From Clostridia bacterium (lineage in GTDB: Bacteria; Bacillota; Clostridia; UBA1212; UBA1255), in assembly GCA_017508875.1 (NCBI GenBank), contig JAFWQX010000175.1, positions 1 through 60,870 on the forward strand: a stretch of DNA of 60,870 nt. Direction: 5' to 3'. The position numbers and the translations under genes are program-made. How positions within the stretch are numbered: the first letter of the stretch is position 1; every line of letters starts with the position of its first letter. Shown here in pieces: positions 37,126 through 47,800 of the stretch. The notes under the pieces were generated by a model. It had not been told where the DNA came from, did no database searches, and saw only the letters and a list, made by a program, of their open reading frames with translations.

Positions 37126-37210
37126 AAATCTTTGAAAGCGGCGGTAGCCCTTCTGCTGCTTTTATCTGTCCTTAACCGGGTTATTATAGTATTTTGGCGG
37201 AGGTATACCG

Positions 37211-37690
37211 ATGAAAAGAGCAGACTATCTGAATTGGGACGAATATTTTATGGGTATTGCCATGCTTTCGGGCGGTCGCAGTAAAGACCCCAACACCGGA
37301 GTAGGCGCCTGTATCGTTGACCGCGATAACCGTATATTGTCCCTCGGTTATAACGGTATGCCGTTCGGATGCTCCGACGACGAATATCCCTGGGACAGAG
37401 AAGGGAAACCTCTTGACACAAAATACCTTTACGTCTGCCACGCTGAATTAAACGCGATCCTTAATTATAACGGCGGGTCGCTCCGCGGCGCCAGAGTTTA
37501 CGTAACGCTTTTCCCGTGTAATGAATGCACTAAAGCGATCATTCAGAAAGGTATATCCGAGATCATTTACCTCAGTGATAAATATGCGGATACTGATTCT
37601 ACCGTTGCCTCGAAACGTATGCTCACGAGCGCCGGCATTAAATTCAGGAAGTATGAACCGTCGGGTAAACGGATAGAGTTGAATCTCTGA
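37211..37690 (+). CDS. dCMP deaminase (ComEB-like)
   Basis: WDEYFM, RSKDPNT.VGACIV, GYNG, CHAE.NAI, FPCNEC. Confidence 0.93.
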   Translation: MKRADYLNWDEYFMGIAMLSGGRSKDPNTGVGACIVDRDNRILSLGYNGMPFGCSDDEYPWDREGKPLDTKYLYVCHAELNAILNYNGGSLRGARVYVTLFPCNECTKAIIQKGISEIIYLSDKYADTDSTVASKRMLTSAGIKFRKYEPSGKRIELNL

Positions 37691-37765
37691 TTTTGGTTTC
37701 GATATTTTTAGATTTTAAGAATACGTTAAACAGTTTGTAATACAGAAGGACGGAAGGGTACGAAG

Positions 37766-39379
37766 ATGAAAATAATAGTAACTGAAAGCATTGCAAAAGA
37801 AGGAATTGATTATCTTAAAGAAGCCGGTTTCGACGTTACGGTATCGTTCGGTATCGCAAGAGAAGAGCTGCTCAAAATAATCGATAAATATGACGGACTT
37901 ATTGTCAGAAGCGTAACGAAAGTTGACGCCGAACTGATAGCAAAAGCAGTTAATCTTAAAGTTGTCGGCCGCGCCGGCAACGGCGTCGATAATATCGACC
38001 TTAAGACCGCCACTCAAAAAGGAATTATCGTTGTCAATACGCCCGAGAGCAACACTATGGCTGCGGCTGAGCTCGCTATTACCTTGTCTTACGCTGTGTT
38101 CAGGAACCTCGTCCAGGCTGTTTCTGCAGGGAGAAACCACGATTTTAGAAGAGGCAGGTTTATCGGTTCGGAACTCGAAGGAAAGACGGTCGGAATAATC
38201 GGTCTGGGCAGGATAGGAAGCATAGTAGCCAGAAAGCTTACCGGATCCGGCATGAGCGCGATCGCATATGACCCCTATATCAGCGACGACCGCTTTATAA
38301 AACTCGGAGTTAAAAGAGCAAATACCCTCGACGAACTGCTCTCGGTATCTGATCTGATTACGATACACACGCCTAAAACGGCTGAAACGATCGGAATTAT
38401 CGGAAGTGAAGAGATCAAAAAGTGCAAGGATGGCGTAAGGATAGTAAATGCCGCCCGAGGCGGACTCGTTGACGAAAAAGCGCTATATGACGGACTCGTT
38501 TCCGGAAAAGTCGCCGGTGCGGGCCTCGACGTACTCAACCCGGAACCTAACTATAATAAGCCTCCTGAGGAGCAGGATTATACGAATCCGCTGCTTACAC
38601 TTGATAACTGCATCATCACGCCTCATCTCGGTGCGTCTACGAAGGAGGCAAATTTCAACGTGGGTACCGCGGTCGCCGAGCTCGTCGGCAAAGCGCTGAA
38701 AGGCGAGATGGTCGCTGCGGTCAATATGCCTCCGCTCGGTGCTTCCGATATGGCTGAATTAAGGCCGTACCTCGCACTTTCCGAAGCACTTGGTAAAATT
38801 TATTTCCAGACCGAGAAAACGCCTGTTAAAAAGATCAAGATCAAATATTCCGGCGATCTCGCAGCGCCTGATGCCGCTACCGATATATTTACTCTCTCAT
38901 TCATCAAAGGGTTCTTAGAGCCGATCGTGAATGATAAAGTTAATTACGTAAACGCAAAGCTCATGCTCGATAATATGGGCATCCAGCTTGTTGAGAGCAG
39001 ATCTTCACAGCTTGATAAATACACTAACCTTATGACGGCCGAGTTCGTCACAGTAAACGGTGACGTTCTTTCGGTATCCGGCACTGTATTTGCGAAGAGC
39101 GAGATAAGAATTGTCGAATTTTTCGGGTACAAACTCGACTTCGAGCCGACGGATTACGTTCTTGCGATCAAGAACACGGACGTTCCCGGTATCGTAGGTA
39201 AGATCGGTACCGTGCTCGGAAACAACAATATCAATATCGCGGCAATGCAGTGGAGCAGAAAAGTCAAAGGCGATAAGGCGGAGGCATTCGTAAGCGTTGA
39301 CCAGGCGGTCGATCCTTTGATCATTGACGAACTGAAAGCGCTGCCCGGAGTTCTGCTTGTTTCGCTCATCTGCTTCTAA
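37766..39379 (+). CDS. serA: D-3-phosphoglycerate dehydrogenase (long form with ASB and ACT domains)
   Basis: VRSVTKVDA, RAGNGVDNID, GLGRIG, NAARGG, TPHLGAST; C-terminal ACT (DVPGIVGKIG). Confidence 0.93.
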   Translation: MKIIVTESIAKEGIDYLKEAGFDVTVSFGIAREELLKIIDKYDGLIVRSVTKVDAELIAKAVNLKVVGRAGNGVDNIDLKTATQKGIIVVNTPESNTMAAAELAITLSYAVFRNLVQAVSAGRNHDFRRGRFIGSELEGKTVGIIGLGRIGSIVARKLTGSGMSAIAYDPYISDDRFIKLGVKRANTLDELLSVSDLITIHTPKTAETIGIIGSEEIKKCKDGVRIVNAARGGLVDEKALYDGLVSGKVAGAGLDVLNPEPNYNKPPEEQDYTNPLLTLDNCIITPHLGASTKEANFNVGTAVAELVGKALKGEMVAAVNMPPLGASDMAELRPYLALSEALGKIYFQTEKTPVKKIKIKYSGDLAAPDAATDIFTLSFIKGFLEPIVNDKVNYVNAKLMLDNMGIQLVESRSSQLDKYTNLMTAEFVTVNGDVLSVSGTVFAKSEIRIVEFFGYKLDFEPTDYVLAIKNTDVPGIVGKIGTVLGNNNINIAAMQWSRKVKGDKAEAFVSVDQAVDPLIIDELKALPGVLLVSLICF

Positions 39380-39417
39380 AATAATAAAGGATCAATTCAC
39401 GGAATCGGGGGCATACA

Positions 39418-40293
39418 TTGGATAATTTAAGAATCGCGGTAATATCGGACATACATTCAAATCTCGCTGCACTTGAGGCGTGCATTGACGACGGCAAAAT
39501 GCTGGGCGCAGACCGTTACATCGTGCTCGGGGATATAGTTTCCGACTGGCATAAACCGAACGAATGCTTAAATATTGTCCGCGATCTGACTGATCTTGTT
39601 ATTGCCGGAAACCGTGAACAATACATGAAAAACGCGCCTGAAATGCTTGACTACTGGATACTTTACGACCAGTTCGCGTCTCTTTTATGGACTTACAGGC
39701 AGCTTACTTCGAAAAATCTGATGTATATCCGGAAACTGCCTCAGTGCCTTTCGATCGCGACCGATAAGTACAGGATAAAAGCAGTTCACGGTTCTCCTTT
39801 TTCCCAGACTGAACTTTGCTATAAATCTGCCGGTCTGTCTCCGGTCGGAGAATGGCTCGAGGCGATAGATGAGGACATCTTGCTCTGCGGACACAGCCAC
39901 GAGCAGTGGAAGTGGGAAAAAAACGGTAAGATCGCTGTGAATCCGGGATCCTGCGGCTCGCATTTTAATAAACGTCATTGCGCAGAATATGCTGTTATCG
40001 AGCTCGGTGATATGGTAAACGTTCAGCTCAGGCAGGTCAAATATAATATCGAAGCTAATTTTCACGCTTTGATGCAATCCGATCTTTATGAGAAAGCTTA
40101 CGACTGGACGCTTATCAATTATCTCAGCATGGTTCGCGGCGAAAACGAATTGAAAGAATTCCTTGATATTTGTGAAGAAGAGCGGAAAAAAGATCCGTTT
40201 GCCGGATCCGGGCCTATCCCGAACGATATATATAACAAAGTATTCGAAGAGCGGTTCTCCGAAAAGATAAAAGCTTACCTTTTTGCCGGATGA
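39418..40293 (+). CDS. Metallophosphoesterase (YfcE-like)
   Basis: SDIHSN, GDIV, GNRE, HGSP, GHSH, NPGS; TTG start. Confidence 0.85.
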   Translation: MDNLRIAVISDIHSNLAALEACIDDGKMLGADRYIVLGDIVSDWHKPNECLNIVRDLTDLVIAGNREQYMKNAPEMLDYWILYDQFASLLWTYRQLTSKNLMYIRKLPQCLSIATDKYRIKAVHGSPFSQTELCYKSAGLSPVGEWLEAIDEDILLCGHSHEQWKWEKNGKIAVNPGSCGSHFNKRHCAEYAVIELGDMVNVQLRQVKYNIEANFHALMQSDLYEKAYDWTLINYLSMVRGENELKEFLDICEEERKKDPFAGSGPIPNDIYNKVFEERFSEKIKAYLFAG

Positions 40294-40350
40294 CCGCCTT
40301 ATCAAATATGGTTGTTGATATAAATTATTATTAAATACCGGAGGTATGTT

Positions 40351-41964
40351 ATGAATTACAAAGGACCTGTTGTTGTCATCGTTATGGACGGTGTGGGGCT
40401 TTCTGACAGAGTTGAGGGTAACGCCGAAAAAGCGGCTTATAAGCCTGTGCTTGACCGGCTTTACTCGGATTATCAGTGGACGAAGATCAAGGCGCACGGT
40501 ACGGCTGTGGGTCTTCCTTCTGACGACGATATGGGAAATTCCGAGGTCGGTCACAATGGTATCGGCGCCGGCCAGGTGTACAGTCAGGGCGCAAAGCTGG
40601 TAAACGAGTCCATCGAATCCGGCGATATGTTTAAGGCCACGGGCTGGCGCGAGATCGCTGACAACGTTTTAAATAATAGATCTACGCTTCATTTTATCGG
40701 CCTTTTCTCCGACGGTAACGTTCATTCGCACATCAACCATCTTAAGGCAATGATCGTCGAGGCTAAGAAGGAAGGCGTTTCTAAGGTCAGAGTTCATATT
40801 CTGCTCGACGGCAGAGACGTAGGCGAGACTTCTGCGCTCGAATACGTGGATCCGTTTGAAGAATTCCTCAGCAGCCTGCGCGACGATAATTTCGACGTTA
40901 AGATCGCCAGCGGCGGCGGACGTATGAATATTACGATGGACAGGTATAAAGCCGATTGGTCAATGGTTGAGCGCGGCTGGAAAACTCACGTGCTCGGTGA
41001 AGGCCGTACGTTCTCAAGTGCGCACGAAGCGATCGAAACGTACCGCAAAGAGACAGGGGCAATCGATCAGGATCTGCCTGCTTTTGTTATTGCCGACGCC
41101 AGCGGACCGGTCGGTAAGATCGTTGACGGCGACAGCGTCGTATTCTTTAATTTCCGCGGCGACCGCGCTATAGAGATCAGTGAGGCGTTCACTAACGAGA
41201 AACTCGATACGTTTGACCGCGGTTATATGCCTAAAGTCTGCTACGCGGGTATGCTGCAGTACGACGGAGACCTTAAGATCCCGCCCAGATTCCTTGTCGA
41301 GCCTCCGAAGATCTCAAATACGATGGGCGAATATCTCGCAAATCACGGTATCGCTCAGCTCGCCGTAGCCGAAACACAGAAGTTCGGACACGTTACGTAT
41401 TTCTGGAACGGTAACCGCAGCGGAAAATTCAACGATGAGCTTGAGACTTACGTTGAGGTCAAATCAGACGTAGTTCCTTTCGAGCAGCGTCCCTGGATGA
41501 AAGCTGCTGAAGTTACAGATGCGCTTATAAAAGAACTCAGGACCGGACGTTACGGATTCGTCAGGGTCAATTTCGCAAACGGCGATATGGTCGGTCATAC
41601 GGGAAGCTTCCAGGCCGCAAGAATCGCTATGGAGACTGTCGATCTCTGCCTCGGAAGGATCCTTCCTGTCATCGACGAACTCGGCGGCATGGCTATCATT
41701 ATCGCCGACCACGGCAATTGCGACGAGATGTATGAGATCAAGAAAGGTAAAGTCGTTCTCAATCCTGACGGAAAGCCGAAAGCCAAGACGTCACATACGC
41801 TTAATCCTGTTCCGTGCATTTTCTATGACAATACTCCGAACAGAGATAACTACGTGATAAAGGAAGGCAGCTTCGGCCTTTCCAACGTTGCCGCCAGCGC
41901 ACTGTTCCTGATGGGCATGAACGCTCCTGAAGGCTGGGACGAAAGCATCGTTTGCAGTAAATAA
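40351..41964 (+). CDS. gpmI: 2,3-BPG-independent phosphoglycerate mutase
   Basis: MDGVG, MGNSEVGH, SDGNVHSH, NFRGDRA, AETQKFGHVT, NGDMVGHTG, ADHGN. Confidence 0.96.
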   Translation: MNYKGPVVVIVMDGVGLSDRVEGNAEKAAYKPVLDRLYSDYQWTKIKAHGTAVGLPSDDDMGNSEVGHNGIGAGQVYSQGAKLVNESIESGDMFKATGWREIADNVLNNRSTLHFIGLFSDGNVHSHINHLKAMIVEAKKEGVSKVRVHILLDGRDVGETSALEYVDPFEEFLSSLRDDNFDVKIASGGGRMNITMDRYKADWSMVERGWKTHVLGEGRTFSSAHEAIETYRKETGAIDQDLPAFVIADASGPVGKIVDGDSVVFFNFRGDRAIEISEAFTNEKLDTFDRGYMPKVCYAGMLQYDGDLKIPPRFLVEPPKISNTMGEYLANHGIAQLAVAETQKFGHVTYFWNGNRSGKFNDELETYVEVKSDVVPFEQRPWMKAAEVTDALIKELRTGRYGFVRVNFANGDMVGHTGSFQAARIAMETVDLCLGRILPVIDELGGMAIIIADHGNCDEMYEIKKGKVVLNPDGKPKAKTSHTLNPVPCIFYDNTPNRDNYVIKEGSFGLSNVAASALFLMGMNAPEGWDESIVCSK

Positions 41965-41972
41965 CAATCATC

Positions 41973-42010
41973 ACCTCCGTGCATAATGATCATTGTACGG
42001 AGGTCTTTTT
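41973..42010 (+). terminator. Intrinsic terminator after gpmI
   Basis: ACCTCCGTGCA / TGTACGGAGGT stem followed by CTTTTT. Confidence 0.75.
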
Positions 42011-42029
42011 ATGATTACCGGTGATCATT

Positions 42030-43187
42030 ATGAAATACGATTTTGATTCTTTAATTAACAGGCGCGGTACAGATTGCTACAAATGGAACGTAGGGGAGAA
42101 CGAACTCCCTATGTGGATCGCTGATATGGATTTCAAAACCGCTCCATGCATCATAGATGAACTTCAGAAGCGCATTTCTCACGGCATATACGGCTATGCG
42201 GAAGTTCCTGACGAATGGTACGAAGCTTACATTTCATGGTGGAAAACGAGGCATAATCTAACGATCACCCGCGAATCGCTAATGTTTACCACAGGCGTTG
42301 TCGCGGCAATATCATCTACAGTAAGAAAGCTTGGCTCTCCTAATGAAAACGTCGTAATACAGACACCGGTCTACAACATTTTCTATAACTCGATCCTGAA
42401 TAACGGCCTTCGCGTGCTTGAATCTCCCTTAAAATATGAAAATGGCAATTATTCTATGGACCTCAGCGATCTTGAACTCAAGTTCTCGGATCCCCAGACT
42501 TCACTATTTATTCTATGTAATCCTCAGAATCCTGCCGGAATAATCTGGGACGCATCGACACTAGAAAAGATAGGGGAGCTTGCGCTTAAATACAACGTGA
42601 CCGTCATCGCCGATGAGATCCATTGTGATATTACGAGACCCCGAACTGAATATACTCCTTTCGCTTCTGTATCTGATACCTGTGCTAAAGTCAGTGTAAA
42701 TTGCATCGCTCCCACAAAATCATTTAATCTTGCAGGAATACAGACTGCTGCTGTTTTCGTGCCGGACAAATTCCTGCGGCACAAGGTCTGGCGGGCAATC
42801 AATACGGACGAAGTGGCTGAGCCTAACGCGCTTGCTTGTCCGGCGGCAATTTCAGCGTATAATTCCGGCGCTGAGTGGCTCGATGAAATGCGAGCTTACG
42901 TTTTTGAAAATAAGCGTATCGTTAAAGATTTCATATCTTCAGAAATTCCTTCTCTAAACGTGATCGAAGGTGACGCGACGTATCTCGTTTGGATCGATAT
43001 TTCCGCTTCCGGAATGGATTCTACCGCTTTCACCTCGGCTTTAAGAAAAGAAACGGGCCTGTTCGTTTCAGACGGTAAAGTATACGGGGGAAACGGAAGG
43101 TCATTTTTCAGGATGAACGTTGCTACTCCGCGCACGCTGGTTTACGATGCGCTTTCAAGGTTAAAGAAATTCATAGATACTATCTGA
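42030..43187 (+). CDS. patB: MalY/PatB PLP-dependent cystathionine beta-lyase family
   Basis: MKYDFD, KW, PMWIADMDF, GIYGY, CNPQNP, ADEIH, PTKSFNLAG. Confidence 0.88.
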   Translation: MKYDFDSLINRRGTDCYKWNVGENELPMWIADMDFKTAPCIIDELQKRISHGIYGYAEVPDEWYEAYISWWKTRHNLTITRESLMFTTGVVAAISSTVRKLGSPNENVVIQTPVYNIFYNSILNNGLRVLESPLKYENGNYSMDLSDLELKFSDPQTSLFILCNPQNPAGIIWDASTLEKIGELALKYNVTVIADEIHCDITRPRTEYTPFASVSDTCAKVSVNCIAPTKSFNLAGIQTAAVFVPDKFLRHKVWRAINTDEVAEPNALACPAAISAYNSGAEWLDEMRAYVFENKRIVKDFISSEIPSLNVIEGDATYLVWIDISASGMDSTAFTSALRKETGLFVSDGKVYGGNGRSFFRMNVATPRTLVYDALSRLKKFIDTI

Positions 43188-43191
43188 TGGC

Positions 43192-43217
43192 ATGGAGGCG
43201 GACTTAACCGCCTCCGT
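43192..43217. terminator. Bidirectional terminator hairpin between convergent genes
   Basis: GGAGGCGG-ACTTAA-CCGCCTCC. Confidence 0.7.
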
Positions 43218-43241
43218 CATTTTAAAACGCTGTTAATTTCA

Positions 43242-43763
43242 TCAGCTCGCCTTAAGCATCGTATCGCCGTTTTTAGACCGCTCGTCATTTTGCTGATAAT
43301 CGTCAATAATAGAAAGATCGATTATTGCGAGAATGTCCCTTAATTTCATTGCCTCCGACCTCGTAAAGGTCATTCCTTTCGTTGCCCTCGTCATATCGGG
43401 ATTCCAGTCTCTTACGTCAAGTTTGAATTTCCCGCCGCCCCATTGTGTCACTGTCAGAAGCCGTTTCCAGCCTGTTTTTGTATTTTCCCGGATAGTGGCG
43501 AGTCTGGCACGCACAACGTGATCCATTGGCTGATAGCCTCCGCCGTTATCGCTTGAATTATTTCCGCTGCGATTCGTCGTAGTTGCAGGGGCGGTTTTAG
43601 GCGATGTGCTCTGATTTTCTTTTACTGGCTGTGCCGGTTCCGCTTTTTGCTCTTCATGCGCTTTAGCTTCGCCGTTCTGCTCAGCGGCAGCTGCGATAAA
43701 GTTTTGTTCGTTATCCGTTACGTTTTGTTCGGAAACATTGTTGTTATCATTTTCGTTATCCAT
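43242..43763 (-). CDS. YdbC/PC4-family ssDNA-binding protein with a low-complexity N-terminal extension
   Basis: Core TGWKRLLTVTQWGGGKFKLDVRDWNPDMTRATKGMTFTRSE matches the YdbC pattern GWKKEL..ISW...KYDIRDWSPD...KGVTL; possible internal start at 43526. Confidence 0.82.
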   Translation of the reverse strand: MDNENDNNNVSEQNVTDNEQNFIAAAAEQNGEAKAHEEQKAEPAQPVKENQSTSPKTAPATTTNRSGNNSSDNGGGYQPMDHVVRARLATIRENTKTGWKRLLTVTQWGGGKFKLDVRDWNPDMTRATKGMTFTRSEAMKLRDILAIIDLSIIDDYQQNDERSKNGDTMLKAS

Positions 43764-44043
43764 TTTTTTAATTCCGTTCTTAGATTGAATTTTGCCATGT
43801 CAAGTACTTTCGGCTTAAAGATAATATATGATTTATGAACAAAGTTCAAATATTACACCGGAAAAGTGCAAAGTACATTTTTTAAAAATATTCTCCGCCA
43901 TATTGGCTGTTTTAACGGTTTTTAATACGAAAAGTTCAAAAATGCAATTTTGAATTTTATAAAAATCAATGACAGGCGCCTGTGATTCACTAAAATTTTT
44001 TTAATTTATTCTAAAACAGAAGCAATCGATAAAATCGTTGCCC

Positions 44044-44073
44044 TTGATTTATTGCTCCTTAAAATGATATACT
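44044..44073 (+). promoter_or_regulatory. Extended -10 promoter for the S2P-GH78-scpAB operon
   Basis: TTGATT-N18-TATACT with TGn. Confidence 0.55.
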
Positions 44074-44130
44074 AAAAACAGTCCGGCAGCTGATTTTCTA
44101 CGTTGCCGCGCTGACAGAAGGAGCAAAGTC

Positions 44131-44814
44131 ATGTTAGATTTAATTATAGATAGACTATTGTCAATTCCGGGAATGATCCTGTTCTTCTCGTTCAGAGGTT
44201 TTTTCCAGGCCTGGGTGGCTAAAAAATTAGGCGACCATCTGCCCGAACGCGACGGATTCCTTACTATGAATCCCAAAGCACATATTAATATATTCGGTTT
44301 CATCATGCTGCTTTTAGTAGGTATCGGCTTCGGTAAACCTATGCGTTTTGATTCCACTTTTTATAAAAATAAAAAGAGAGATACGGCTATTCAGATCCTT
44401 TCGGGGCCCGCAGCCGGAATCATTGCCGGATTTGCAATGTATGCCGTATACTTTATCTTATATGGTATTCTTGGCAGGTACACCGGACTTTACTCAAACA
44501 ATATTTTTAATTACCTCTGCCTTATATTCTTATTTGGAACTCAGATTGCGCTGTTACTTACAGTATTCCATCTGCTGCCTCTCCCGGGTTTCGACAGCTA
44601 CCGGTTAATAGTTAATTTCCTGCCTTATAACGTTTACAGAAAATTCTACGTTATTGAGAAATACAGCATGTGGATATATATCGGCTTCCTGCTCATACTC
44701 AGGGTACCTGTCATAGGAGATTTCATATTTAATTATTTGATAGCATATCCCGCAAACGGATTAATGAGGCTTATTCAGCTTCCATTTGACCTCATATCCA
44801 AGCTTCTGCCGTGA
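44131..44814 (+). CDS. Site-2 protease (M50) homolog lacking HExxH
   Basis: AWVAKKLGD, LTMNPKAHINIFG, GFGKP, ILSGPAAG, FHLLPLPGFDS; HExxH position reads RGFFQ. Confidence 0.82.
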   Translation: MLDLIIDRLLSIPGMILFFSFRGFFQAWVAKKLGDHLPERDGFLTMNPKAHINIFGFIMLLLVGIGFGKPMRFDSTFYKNKKRDTAIQILSGPAAGIIAGFAMYAVYFILYGILGRYTGLYSNNIFNYLCLIFLFGTQIALLLTVFHLLPLPGFDSYRLIVNFLPYNVYRKFYVIEKYSMWIYIGFLLILRVPVIGDFIFNYLIAYPANGLMRLIQLPFDLISKLLP

Positions 44815-44837
44815 AAACAGAGGAGTTATTTGCTAAA

Positions 44838-47800
44838 ATGAACAAAACTGCTAAAATTTTGTGTGCTATTTTCGCGGTAATAATTACTGCAGGTCTTACG
44901 TACGCGATCATAACTTATCATCCGGACTATAAAACACCATCGGACGCTTTTAACGTAAAAGCGCTCAGGGTCAATTATTCAGACGAACCTTCCGCCGTTT
45001 CGAGCGATGAATTGACGTTCGGATGGCAGATGGATTCGGATAAAGTCGGGATCTCCCAGACTGCGTACAGGATCGTTGTCAACGATAAAAGTAATTTTAA
45101 AGGCCGCACTTACTGGGATTCAGGAAAAGTCCTCTCTGCCGAATCTGCGTGCGTACAATACTCCGGAAGAAAACTTGACCCCGAAAAGGAGTATTACTGG
45201 AAAGTCACCGTCTGGGACGATAAAGATGAGTACAGTACAAGTGAAACGCCCGCGCACTTCGAAACCGCCTGCGACGAAAAAGCGCTTTCCAAAGCCTTAT
45301 TTATCTCCGAAGGCTCGAACGCGTCAAAATATAAAGAATATTCGCTTGAATTCGACGCCGCGATCACTTCTCAGGCGCTGGGAACACTTATCGACGTTAA
45401 GAACGGGTCAAATTATTATTTATGGCAGTTCAATCTTTCGGATCACGGCGTGCTGTATCTCAGAAAACACGTGTTTTACCCGGGCGGTTATACGGTCGAT
45501 GAAGTTGATATTTCTAAAAAATGCGGTTCTGTAATCGAATACGGCGATGAATTTCACGTAAAAATAACGTCAGACCGCAAAAGTATAAAAACATACGTAA
45601 ACTCAAAACTTGTTGACACTTACTCCGCGAAACTTTACAACTCCGCTTTTTACGGTTTCAGACAGGGCGCGGGAGAAGCCGGATGGGTAGATAATATCGA
45701 AACTAAAATCGTTCAGGATAACGGCGAGAAGATCGAATTTGCATATGATTTTGACGACGAATATAATCCTTTTTCAATAGGTTCGGTCGTATCTGAAAGA
45801 CTCGAACTCGGACCATTCCCGGGGGAGCAGAAGTCATATATCAGTTTTGACGGCAGCAAGGTCATAAATAACAAGCCCGGCGGCGTGATGTTCAGAAAAA
45901 GTTTTGAACTGAGCGGTAAAACCGATGTTTCAAAGCTTAAAAAGGCGCGTCTGTACGTGACAGCGCTCGGTAATTTCAACATATATATCAACGGAAATAA
46001 GATAGGCGACGACGTTCTGAAGCCCGGCTGGACCGATTATTCGACGCGCGTGCAATATTTCATTTATGACGTTTCAGAAGCGCTGAAGAGCGGAGAAAAC
46101 GTTATCTGCGCATACGTTACTTCCGGATGGTGGAACGGGCGCGTTTCATTCTCAACGTACGGAAACCTTGACAACGCATTTATGTGCAGGCTTGTGACGG
46201 AATATAAGAATGGGAGAAAATCTGAGCTCGTTACAGACGAAAGCTGGGAATGGAACAGAGAAGACTGCCCGGTGGTGGAAGCGTCGATTTACGACGGAGA
46301 AACTTACGACGCGCGCTATTCTCCTACAGTATATATGCCCGATGAATATGATCCTGAGAGATGGAATTATGCGGCTGCTTTTCTTTACGAAGGGGAAGTA
46401 ACTCCCGCGTCCGGCGCTCCGGTAAAAGTAAGAAACGAATTAGAATTGACGCCGTCTTCTGTAAAAATTTATAAAGAAACTGAAGACAACGGATCAGATT
46501 TCGGAAAAGTTATTGTCCTTCGCGAATTTTCCGGGGAAGATGAGTTTACGCTTGAACACGGGGAGACCGCGGTTATCGATCTCGGTCAGAATATGGTCGG
46601 ATGGCCGCTTATAAGTGTTTCCGGACGGAGCGGGACTCAGATCATAATGAGATTCGGAGAGATGCTCAACGATTCCGGCAGTAAGTCGAGGGGGAACGAC
46701 GGTCCTGAGGGTTCTGTCTACACTTCGAATTACAGATCTGCCGCCTCTACAAACCGCTACATAATGAGCGGCGAAGGCGTTGAAAATTATCATACTGAAT
46801 ATTCATTCTACGGTTTCAGGTATATATCGATCACCGTCTCCGATACAGTCACTTTCCACTCTGTGCGCGGTCAGGTAGTGGGTTCGGTTAATCCCGAATC
46901 CGGCAGTATCACCACGTCCGACGCTTCAGTAAATCAGCTCATTTCGAATATTATATGGAGCATGAGAGGAAACTATTTAAGCGTACCTACTGATTGCCCG
47001 CAGCGTGACGAGAGGCTGGGCTGGACCGGTGATACGCAGGTATTTGTTGGCACCGGTTCGTATAACGCCAACGTAGCGCCGTTCTTCCGCAAATGGCTTA
47101 CGGACTGCATTGACAGCCAGATGAGCGACGGCTCTTATCCTGACGTTATTCCGAGGTCAAACGCGACCGGATCAGGAGCGGCCGCCTGGGGGGACGCCGG
47201 AATCATTGTGCCATATACGATGTACAAAAAGTACGGAGATATTTACGTTATCCGCCGCAATTACGATTCGATGGAAAAATATATGAGTTTCGTGATCAAG
47301 AACGGCGGTCCGCTTGAGCGCTACGGAGACTGGCTCGCTTATCAGGAGACCGAACAGAAACTCATATGCAAAGCATATTACGCATACGACGCACTTTTGA
47401 TGGCACAGATGTCTGACGCGCTCGGATATACGCAGCGAAAAGATTATTACCGCGGCATCTACGAAAACGTTAAAAGCGAATATATAAAATCGTACTTTGA
47501 CGAAATCGGGCTTATTCCGGGTTCACAGACAGCTGCTGTATTAACGCTGCTCGCCGATCTGGTCCCGAATGAAGATATGCGCTATTCCGTACTAACGATG
47601 CTTCGCAATAATATTAAAAAGAACGGCTGGAAACTTCAGACTGGATTCGTTGGGACAGCGAATATTGTCAACGTTCTCAGCCTTATGGGCGACGACGAGA
47701 CTGCGTACACGCTGCTTCTGCAAAGGGACAATCCTTCGTGGCTTTACAGCATTGACCAGGGGGCAACGACTACCTGGGAGCGCTGGGATTCATATACGCT

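Noticed and set aside
42011-42046. Short uORF MITGDHYEIRF with a GGAGG SD before patB
   Set aside because: The SD is the 3' arm of the gpmI terminator stem, and patB has its own GGTGA SD, so the uORF is likely fortuitous.
43836-43848. LexA (Cheo) box TGAACAAAGTTCA upstream of ydbC
   Set aside because: The spacer is 3 nt rather than the GAAC-N4-GTTC required in Firmicutes.
43764-44130. AT-rich 370-bp intergenic region with palindromes (ACAGGCGCCTGT, TTCAAAA..TTTTGAA) as an sRNA or oriC
   Set aside because: No clustered DnaA boxes, no recognisable ncRNA and no terminator-bounded unit. It is best explained as a divergent promoter region.
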